Assembly: GCF_006345805.1 (NCBI RefSeq)
Contig: NW_021826171.1
Span: forward strand, 1-13,326
DNA from: Octopus sinensis
Lineage: Eukaryota
Reading direction: 5' to 3'
Length of the DNA stretch: 13,326 bases
A model generated the notes under the pieces. That model saw nothing but the letters and a program-made list of their open reading frames with translations. It did no database searches and was not told the origin of the DNA. A program made the position numbers and the translations under genes. This document shows, piece after piece, positions 1 through 8,405 of the stretch; position 1 is the stretch's first letter, and every line of letters begins with the position of its first letter.

Positions 1-204
1 TAAAGAAGCTCTGAGATTTAACCCATACTTTCAGAATTGCGGGCATTGTGCAAAAATAAATTATAAAGAATTATTAAGTTTACCTTTGTCATAACTGTAC
101 TTCTTAACCGTTATATTTTGGCTTCAGTTTCCACAGACTAACGGTTAAGCACAACACGAAAGTTATATTTTCGTCTTAACTCTGAATTCAATCATTGTAT
201 GTGT

Positions 205-305
205 GGGGGTGTGTGAGTGTGTGTGTGTGCACGCGTGTAAACACACAGATCCTATAATATATACATATACATACTACATATATATAAGATATATTATATA
301 TATAT

Positions 306-337
<32 letters not shown>

Positions 338-366
338 ATGTATGTAATATATATGTATATTATATA

Positions 367-435
<69 letters not shown>

Positions 436-440
436 GTATA
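205..440. repeat. (TG)n followed by degenerate (TA)n microsatellite
   Basis: Direct dinucleotide periodicity. Explains ORFs 203..484 and 326..547. Boundaries approximate. Confidence 0.95.
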
Positions 441-957
441 AACGCATTATGTGTCAGTTTAGAATAACAAATTTTATCTCTTAGCAAATTTTCCAAATAC
501 ATACACAGACATATAAACACAAACACACGCGCAACACTGACGCACATACAAAAAAGAAAACAGCCTTACCCGCGCTTCACTTACATACACTTATACACAA
601 TTCCATTATCCATGACACACACATACACAGACATATGGATGCACGTACGTACACACATTAGTAGACTCTGTCATTACAGTTAAGACGTGACAACTGACAG
701 CTCTTCCTCTCTATTAGTTGGAGAGTAACTATGGAAGTCGCTAAGTATGAACACTTAAACTCGCCGAACAAATGAATTTTTTTCTTTCTTTTTTCACAAA
801 CCCCGCTTATAGCATAATCTATACAGCTTCCGGGCCATTCTTCTCCGGAAAAGATCGATTACATTAACGCTTATTCAACAAATTGATTGAATTTATTAAC
901 GGCGAACGTTTACTATAATTCAGTTGTAATATACCCCTTTATGGTGCCATGAAGTGG

Positions 958-1016
958 ATATATTATATATACATATATAATATATATATATATATCTATA
1001 TAGTATATATTATATC

Positions 1017-1052
<36 letters not shown>

Positions 1053-1115
1053 ATATATATTATACAATATATATATATATATTATATATATATATACTAT
1101 ATATATATATATATA
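958..1115. repeat. degenerate (TA)n microsatellite
   Basis: Direct periodicity. Boundaries approximate. Confidence 0.95.
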
Positions 1116-1769
1116 AATAAGTGAAATGTGTGTGGTGAGCGATGAATATAAATGTGCATGAGAGTAAAGGACACACAGAAGCACACATACGTATGCACAT
1201 GCATAATAACATACACATTTTCATACATTAAGAATATAGCACTCATCATACATAGATAGTTACAGACACACACACATATACACATATAGGTACATAATCC
1301 CATACATATGTATGAATATTGATTTATCATACACAACGTACGCATAAATATATGTATATCTACACGCACGCGCACACACGTATATAAACATATGAATACA
1401 TGTATGAGTATATATATATGTTTACGCATAGATATCTGATCAAATGATAGACACGTATGTATATAGATATAGCGGTTATCTGTCATATACAATTCGTATA
1501 TATGTATATTAATGCGTGTGCTTTATAAACCAAGCAAGTTTGTTTCATTTAATTTTCATTCATGGCATAACTGTCTGCCTAATAACATTATTTTTATGTC
1601 TGTATGTCTGAATGCAGTCAAATACAAATGTATATATGTGTGTATGTATATAAGTATATTCACATATTCTCACATATACCATATATATATATAAATGCAT
1701 ATGTGCGTGTGTTAGTATATGGAATCACATATGTTCTCCTAAAACATATGTATGTGTTTCAATATCGAT

Positions 1770-1947
1770 ATAATGTAGCTGCATATATATATATACACAC
1801 ACACACAAATGTATATATGTATATATGTATATATATATATATATACATGTATATATATATATATATATTATATATATACGTATATATATATATACACATT
1901 GATAAATATACGTTTATATATATATATGCGTATACATATATAGATGC

Positions 1948-1984
<37 letters not shown>

Positions 1985-2200
1985 TTGATATATACGTATA
2001 TATATATACATTGATAAATATACGTTTATATATATATATGCGTATACATATATAGATGCATATATATATATATTATGTATATATATATACGTATATATAT
2101 ATATACATTGATAAATAACGTTTATATATATATATGCGTATACATATATAGATGCATATATATATATTCATATATGTTATATATATTTATCTAAATATAT
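1770..2200. repeat. (TA)-rich tract containing a three-copy higher-order repeat
   Basis: The unit ACATTGATAAATA(T)ACGTTTATATATATATGCGTATACATATATAGATGCATATATA starts at about 1896, 2008 and 2105. Confidence 0.9.
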
Positions 2201-2376
2201 ATATATACCATTACATTAATGAGCTTATAGGTCTATCTATCTATCTATCTCTATCTACCTTAGCATTTATATATTTAAGGCAAAGTTATATATAATAATA
2301 ATAATAATAATAAAATATAAATAAAATATATGTATTATACATATATTTAAGTACATACGTTATATATATATATATA

Positions 2377-2409
<33 letters not shown>

Positions 2410-2419
2410 GGATATATGG

Positions 2420-2695
2420 GTCAAAAACGTGAACGAGGACATAAAAAAAAAAAAAAAAGTGGAAAACGAACTACGAAAGAAACAAACAGAGAAACGAGAC
2501 AGGCAACATAAAGAACATTCCCTTCATCAGTTGTCCCCTGTTTTAACTACTCTACGTTTCGAATGTAGGGACAGTCGTTCCCGCAAAGCAAATTTTTAAA
2601 AAATTAGGGATTTGCGGAGGGTTAAAGCGCTGACAAAAACAGGACAGTGAGAACAAAACAGTAAAAACAAACGGTGAGGGTTGTTAAGCAGCAAC
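2420..2695. mobile_element. unclassified interspersed repeat, copy 1 (possibly Penelope-like remnant)
   Basis: 2571-2690 (ACAGTCGTTCCCGCAAAGCAAATT...GGGATTTGCGGAGGG...AAAAACAAACGGTGAGGGTTGTTAAGC) is homologous to the reverse complement of 5803-5985. It carries CTGATGAAGGG and CGAAACGT on the minus strand. The family assignment is inference. Confidence 0.65.
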
Positions 2696-2730
2696 GAGAT
2701 TAAGTGGTGAACGCTGGAGAAAGGAGCGAT

Positions 2731-2739
2731 GTATGTATG

Positions 2740-2772
<33 letters not shown>

Positions 2773-2826
2773 TATATTATATCATATATATATACGTATA
2801 TATACATATACATATATCGATACATG

Positions 2827-2894
<68 letters not shown>

Positions 2895-3093
2895 TACATA
2901 GACGCATTAATGCACCACAATACGCTCACACTTATCTCTCTACCCACCTACATACATACATACATACATACATACATACATACATACATACATACATGCA
3001 TGCATAAATACATACATACATACATACATACATACATACATACATACATACATACATACATACATGCATACATACATACATGCATACACATAC
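2731..3093. repeat. compound microsatellite: (TA)n, (GA)n at 2868-2893, (ACAT)n at about 2948-3093
   Basis: Direct periodicity. Confidence 0.95.
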
Positions 3094-3978
3094 GTTAAGT
3101 TTTGAATAAGCTCTTTGTCTGCTATGATTATCATAACGTATTGTAATGAAATTTATCCAACCCAATATACAGCACCATGGCGATAATGTATGGCCAATTG
3201 TATGTTAGTGTGTGGTTGACGAGATCTTAATTGTTTGAAATCAGCCTAGCGTTATGCTATTGATTAGAACGTTGAAAATTTCCTGTTAACAAGTGTTTTA
3301 GACTTATAACGTCGCCACAAACAACTTGTCGCATATGACGTCGTAAAACCTAGTGTTGTAAATTCATAAACATTGACCGGACTTGATGCTACTTGACTAG
3401 ACTGGCCCGGACTGGACTTAGTTAATTGAGTAAAGTCCGTTTTTATTGTTATTTTTGTGATTGTGTTTTTGGTGATGGTAATGGTGGTGGTGGTGGCCGT
3501 TGTGGTGGTCGTTGTCGTCGTATCCATTAGGCTTCCAAAAGGATGCTCTTTGGCCGAAAGACATTTAAAAGAGGAAGCAGAATTAAATTGTTGGTGAGGA
3601 ATGAGATATTTAGTTCTGTGCTTGGCCGTGTCTGTTCCTGTCTGAGAATTAAAATGATTGGTTGTAAAGGCATTTCATCCAGCACACACAGCCTCTGTCT
3701 GTGGCAATGTATTTAGTCTTCAATGACAATTCACCTCTAACTTCATCGACGACATCATCATCTTCGTCGTCATCATCATCACCAACTACAATGGCAAAAT
3801 TAGCTGTTGCAACCAAAGTATTTTGACTTTGGTACAACAGCAGATATTTTAGTTGGATACGGCGATGAAGTCAGCATTAGAATCGAAATGGTGTTTTAAA
3901 TAATTGATTCAGTAAAAAGTGAAACGTGAAAGAACTGAAAGGTAAAGTTCTTCAATAATATTTCAACCTTGGTTGACG

Positions 3979-4375
3979 GGCGGCGAGCTGGCAGAAACGT
4001 TAGCACGCCGGGCGAAATGCCCAGCGGTATTTCGTCTGCCGCTACGTTCTGAGTTCAAATTTCACCGAGGTCGACTTTGCCTTTCATCCTTTCGGGGTCC
4101 ATTAAATAAGTACCAGTTACGCACTAGGGGGTCGATATAATGGACTTAATCCGTTTGTATTTCCTTGTTTGTCCTCTCTTTGTTTAGCCCCTTGTGGGTA
4201 GTAAAGAAATAGGTATTGCGGCTGTCTCTACGTTCTGAGTACAAATTCCGCCGAGGTCGACTTTGCCTTTCATCGTTTCGGGGTCGATAGATTAAGTACC
4301 AGTTGTATACTGGGGTCGATATAATCGACTGGCCCCTCCCCCAAAATTTGGGCATTGTGTCTACAGTAGAAAAGA
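3979..4375 (+). mobile_element. SINE family B, dimeric copy (tRNA-like head plus duplicated body)
   Basis: Head GGCGGCGAGCTGGCAGAAACGTTAGCACGCCGGGCG and B-box-like GAGTTCAAAT (4051-4060). The body CTACGTTCTGAGT...CCGAGGTCGACTTTGCCTTTCATC.TTTCGGGGTC...AAGTACCAGTT occurs twice (about 4042-4140 and 4228-4330). Confidence 0.85.
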
Positions 4376-4396
4376 AATATTTTAACCTTGGTCAAA

Positions 4397-4524
4397 GGCG
4401 GCAAGCTGGCAGAAACGTTAGCACGCTGGGGTCGATAAATTAAGTACCAGTTGCGTACTGGGGTCGATGTAATTGACTGGCTCCCTCCCCAAAAATTTCA
4501 GACCTTGTTCCTAGAGTAGAAAAG
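4397..4524 (+). mobile_element. SINE family B, internally deleted copy
   Basis: The same head (GGCGGCAAGCTGGCAGAAACGTTAGCACGC) is joined directly to GGGGTCGATAAATTAAGTACCAGTT. It has the same 3' end as the dimer (CTCCCCAAAAATTT...AGTAGAAAAG). Confidence 0.85.
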
Positions 4525-4897
4525 AATATTTTAACCTTGGTTGAGTTGTATTAACGATCCTACAATTTCTCTCAAGTCCCTATATTTTAGAAGACAGGAA
4601 TCCATGATTAAAGTAAAATTCGTTCGTCGCTGCCATGTTGTTTTTCTACATTTGGTAGAGTCGTTAGAATATTGTATTGAGTGGTAACTGGCTGGTGATA
4701 TGGATAGTGTGCCAAACAAATTCGTCGAATGCAAGTAAAATTTGCCTGGTGCTGAACATACTGGCTAGCTGCATGAAATAGCGGTCGAAAGCCATAATGT
4801 TTGGTCGGGTGCCAGATAAAATATTCTGGGGCTGATGATTTGGTTAGGCCTCAAAAAGAAAAATGGTTGGGCGTTATAAAATTTAAACGGGTATTGG

Positions 4898-5010
4898 GGC
4901 TGTGTGGTAAGAAGTTTGTTTTCTAACAACATGCTTCTAGGTTCAATCCCACTGTTGCACCTTGCCTTGTGAATGAATTTGGTAGACGTGGACTGAAAGA
5001 AGTCCATCGA
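4898..5010 (+). mobile_element. SINE family A, degenerate and internally deleted 5' part
   Basis: GGCTGTGTGGTAAGAAG...GGTTCAATCCCACTG...CCTTGTGAATGAATTTGGTAGACG...CTGAAAGAAG aligns with 7325-7480 and 9305-9460. Confidence 0.75.
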
Positions 5011-5024
5011 ATATAGTATATAAT

Positions 5025-5085
<61 letters not shown>

Positions 5086-5129
5086 CATAATTAAATCTCA
5101 GAATGAGATTGAAACAGTAATCGCTCGAT

Positions 5130-5509
5130 AATGTAAAGTATAGAGCCATCTTATCATGGCTAACCACATTGGGGAGGGGGTGTTACTGTAGCTTTATAGC
5201 CCCAAGAGATCTTCGTCTCTAGCTGGCTTTAGACACAATATCTGTGTCCTTGGAGTATTTGCAAAGGGAGGCCATCTTTTCCTCGCAAGCCTGAGTGATA
5301 CGCTCGAACTAGTTTCGGGATTGTTGTCCCTCGTCAACGGGCGGTAACCACCAGGTAGCGATGAAAGTGAAGGCTCCTTTGCAAATACTCCAAGGACACA
5401 GATATTGTGTCTAAAGCCAGCTAGAGACGAAAATCTCTTGGGGCTATAAAGCTACAGTAACACCCCCTCCCCAATGTGGTTAGCCATGATAAGATGGCTT
5501 CTATACTTT

Positions 5510-5514
<5 letters not shown>
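5130..5514. mobile_element. fold-back element with long inverted arms, flanked by (TA)n
   Basis: Arms 5130-5267 and 5376-5514 are reverse complements, differing by one 1-nt indel and one substitution. The spacer is 108 bp. (TA)n tracts lie at 5027-5083 and 5516-5564. Confidence 0.95.
5278..5366 (-). ncRNA. type I hammerhead ribozyme-like motif (minimal stem III, variant core)
   Basis: The minus strand reads CGCCCG-UUGACGA-GGGA(CAACAA)UCCC-GAAA-CUAGU-U-CGAGCG. Core 5337-5331; stem II 5330-5317 (4 bp); GAAA 5316-5313; palindromic ACUAGU 5313-5308; putative cleavage between 5307 and 5306; stem I has 5 of 6 proximal pairs plus a long bulged extension. Deviations: U instead of C3, and a GUU triplet. 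Confidence 0.7.
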
Positions 5515-5570
<56 letters not shown>

Positions 5571-5576
5571 TGTGTG

Positions 5577-5607
<31 letters not shown>

Positions 5608-5802
5608 GTAAATATCTCCCCTTCACCGTTCCCTCTTTCTTACTCCTCCTCCTCCTCCTCCTCCTCGACTCTCTCGTCAGTCACGTGACCAGCGAGAAGC
5701 CATCTTTCCAACTGCTATCTTCACCAAGACAAGACGGCTTTATCCTGTCCCTCTCATAAGCTGTTTCCTTAATGCGTTCAAAAATAAATTTTCCATCGTC
5801 TT

Positions 5803-6033
5803 GGCTTAACAACCCTCATCGTTTGTTTTTATTGTGTTATTCTCTTTGTCCTGTCTTTTACTGTTTTTACTTTTATTGTTTTTACCGTCTTGATTTGTTC
5901 TTACTATCCTGTTCTTGTTACCACTTTTACCCCTCCGCAAAAATCCCAAATTATATTTAATTTGCTTTGCGGGAAGGACTGTTTCAACGAAGTCGCGTCT
6001 TGTCCTTGCCTTGCCGGTAAATTTGAAACGTTT
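5803..6033. mobile_element. unclassified interspersed repeat, copy 2 (inverted relative to copy 1)
   Basis: GCTTAACAACCCTCATCGTTTGTTTTTA...CCTCCGCAAAAATCCC...AATTTGCTTTGCGGGAAGGACTGT is the diverged reverse complement of 2571-2690. It retains GAAACGT at about 6026. Confidence 0.7.
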
Positions 6034-6257
6034 ATATTAATTTAGCATTAGAATTCTTCAAGTTGTATAAAATAGTTATTGTCTGCATCATTCGAAAGAG
6101 AAATAAATTCTGCATAAAGTGTAACAGATAGAAATAATTTGTATGATGTTAGTAACAAAATATTTTGTAAGAAATAGAACTTTTATCATCGGTCTTAAAA
6201 ATTCATTTTCGCCAGTGTAAATTTGCACAGCCGAATAAATATTAAGAGCAGCTGCAG

Positions 6258-6559
6258 AAGTGGTAGTGTTAGTATTAACAGTAGTACTGGTAGCAGAGGT
6301 GGTGGTGGTAGTGGTAGTGCTGGTGGCGGTCGTGGTGGCGGCGCCGGGGGTGGTAGTAGTAGTAGTAGTAGTAGTAGTTGCGGCAATCTTTATTGTTGCT
6401 CTGGTAACGAAAAAGAAGAGGAACGAAGAAAGTAGAAATAAGAAAAGAAGAAGAAGAAGAAAAGAAGAAGAAGAAAAAGAGAAGAAGAAGAAGAAGAAGA
6501 AAAAGAGAAGAAGAAGAAGAAGAAGAAGAGGAAGAGGAAGAGGAAAAAAAAGAAGGAGA

Positions 6560-6595
<36 letters not shown>

Positions 6596-6660
6596 AAGAA
6601 CAACAACAAGGACAAGAGGAACAAGAAGATGAAGACAATGAATAAAGGGGAAAGAAAGAG
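6258..6660. repeat. compound trinucleotide microsatellite: (GGT/AGT)n, (GAA)n, (GAGGAA)n, (CAA)n
   Basis: Direct periodicity. Opens spurious ORFs in most frames. Confidence 0.95.
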
Positions 6661-7204
6661 GAGAGAGCAAATTGTGGGAGGAGTAGCATGCGGGAGTTGA
6701 CAGAAGGAGTTCCAAGGTCAGAAATTTTATGAGGCTGTTCATTTCTCCCCGTTGAACTTTCTCCAGCGACCCCTTGCAAGGGTCATTGGAGAAATGAACG
6801 CATCGTTACATTTTTGATAGCTTCCCGACAAATAGCAGAGCTTAACGGCTCGCGAGTTGTGTGTGTTTTTATGAATCAGGACGTACACATATGTTAATAC
6901 ATACATACATACATATGTGTGCATGTGTGAGCGCGTAGAAGACTGGGTTTTATGCATCGGAGTTTTTGTATAATAGCGTCGGGACGGAACTGATACATAA
7001 TATATAATAAGCAAGCGATGACAATGAGTAAAATATGGGTGGGCTGATCAAACAAATGAGATTTCTGCGATCGATACGGGAACTGTGACGTCACTGATAT
7101 TATTTGAACGTAGAAAATATTAATGAACGTTTGAGACCAATTCTCTACATATTTTTTGATGTTGTATTTTGCTGTCTGCAAAATAAAGATACCAATTATC
7201 AAAT

Positions 7205-7312
7205 AATATATATAAAATATATAAAATAATATATACATAAAATACAAAATATATATACAAAATATATACAAATGTATACAAATATATACAAATTTATATA
7301 CAAAATATATAT
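7205..7312. repeat. AT-rich minisatellite of about 10-11 bp (ACAAAATATAT-like)
   Basis: AAAATATATAC / AAATGTATAC / AAATATATAC / AAATTTATATAC units in tandem. Confidence 0.8.
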
Positions 7313-7703
7313 AGGCGCAGGAGTGGCTGTGTGGTAAGTAGCTTGTTTACCAACCACATGGTTCCGGGTTCAGTCCCATTGCGTGGCACCTTGGGCAAGT
7401 GTCTTCTACTATAGCCTCGGCCGACCAAAGACTTGTGAGTGGATTTGGCAGACGGAAACTGAAAGAAGCCCGTCGTATATATGTATATATATATATATGC
7501 GTGTGTGTATTTGTGTGTGTGTGTTTGTCAACCGATGCTGGTGTGTTTATGTCCCCGTTACTTAGCGGTTCGGCAAAAGAGACCGATAGAATAAGAACTG
7601 GGCTTACAAAAGAATAAGTCCCGGAGTCGAGTTGCTCGATTAAAGTCGGTGCTCCAGCATGGCCGCAGTCAAATGACTGAAAGAAGTAAAAGAGTAAAAG
7701 AGT
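7313..7703 (+). mobile_element. SINE family A, full-length tRNA-derived SINE with internal (TA)n(TG)n tract
   Basis: A-box TGGCTGTGTGG (7324-7334), B-box-like GGTTCAGTCCC (7367-7377), and tandem 3' tail (GTAAAAGA)n. Colinear with 9294-9737. Confidence 0.9.
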
Positions 7704-7737
7704 ATATAAAATACAGAGAAACAAAGCGAACAAAGAA

Positions 7738-7855
7738 TGTGTGATTAATAAGTTCGCTTCGCAACCACGCAGTTTCGGGTTCAGCACCAATGCGGGGCAC
7801 CTTGGGACAATGTCCTCTCCTATAGACACAGATTCGGCAAATCGACCCTTGTGAG
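7738..7855 (+). mobile_element. SINE family A, older diverged head fragment
   Basis: CAACCACGCAGTTTCGGGTTCAGCACCAATGCGGGGCACCTTGGGACAATGTCCTCTCCTATAG aligns with 7351-7415. Confidence 0.75.
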
Positions 7856-7926
7856 CCTGGCATACTGGAGAAAGACACACAAGAAGAAGAATATATTCAC
7901 ACTCGACGGGAAAGCAACAGCGGCGT

Positions 7927-8117
7927 GGAAAGCAACAATGGCCCAGTGGTTAAGGCAGCTGACTCGCGGTCGTAAAGACGCGGTTTCGACTTCCAGATCG
8001 GGCATTATGAGTGTTTATTAAGCAAAAACATCTAAGCTCCACGAGGCTCCGGCGGGGAGCGGGGAGTGAACCCCGCTGTACTCTTTCACTATAACTTTCT
8101 CTCACTCTTTCTTCCTA
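7927..8117 (+). mobile_element. SINE family C, tRNA-derived head and body
   Basis: A-box TGGCCCAGTGG (7939-7949) and B-box GGTTTCGACTTCC (7982-7994) at tRNA-like spacing. No proper cloverleaf acceptor stem, so it is not called a tRNA gene. Confidence 0.75.
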
Positions 8118-8405
8118 CTTCTGCCACAAAGCAGAGGAACCATGGTGTAATCCACGATGGTGCAGTAAAACTTTCAGACCCTAGTCTAGATTGCGAATCC
8201 TCTGTACCCCAGGATGGTTGAGCTCTCCACCCGTTAAAAGCCACCTTTTACGGAATGAGGATAACAACGTAGCTTTCGCGCCCGTGCAACCGCCAGTCTA
8301 TCGCGTGTGGTGGGTGGATCTTCAAGTTGCCACACGCACTCTTAGTAGCTTAGAGTAGGCTCGAATCGGAGATTATTCTTTGTGGTTAATTGCGTGAGTC
8401 GTGAT

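Noticed and set aside
203-3165. Many Tyr/Ile/Val/Cys/Met-rich ORFs
   Set aside because: Translations of (TA)n, (TG)n and (ACAT)n microsatellites, with no protein-like complexity.
3264-3641. Possible minus-strand terminal exon (acceptor-like TTTTAATTCTCAG, then TGTDTAKHRTKY...MDTTTT...KFSTF*; frame open 3674-3264) and the nearby Asp-rich ORF 3649-3837
   Set aside because: The open frames owe much to degenerate trinucleotide repeats. There is no recognisable domain, no partner exons and no clear downstream poly(A) signal. RNA-seq junction reads at 3641 would be needed.
3957-4544. CRISPR-like repeat-spacer pattern
   Set aside because: The spacers are SINE copies of very unequal length in eukaryotic DNA. 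The repeats are better explained as target-site duplications.
5660-5700. CTGACGA on the minus strand as another hammerhead; likewise CTGATGA at about 4832
   Set aside because: No stem II closed by GAAA, and no stem I or III support.
6088-6779. Gly/Ser-rich, poly-Glu/Lys/Gln and poly-Thr ORFs
   Set aside because: Open in nearly all frames on both strands, as expected for stop-free trinucleotide microsatellites.
7927-8000. tRNA gene at the SINE C head (also the family A heads)
   Set aside because: A and B boxes are present but there is no intact cloverleaf, and the sequence continues into a SINE body.
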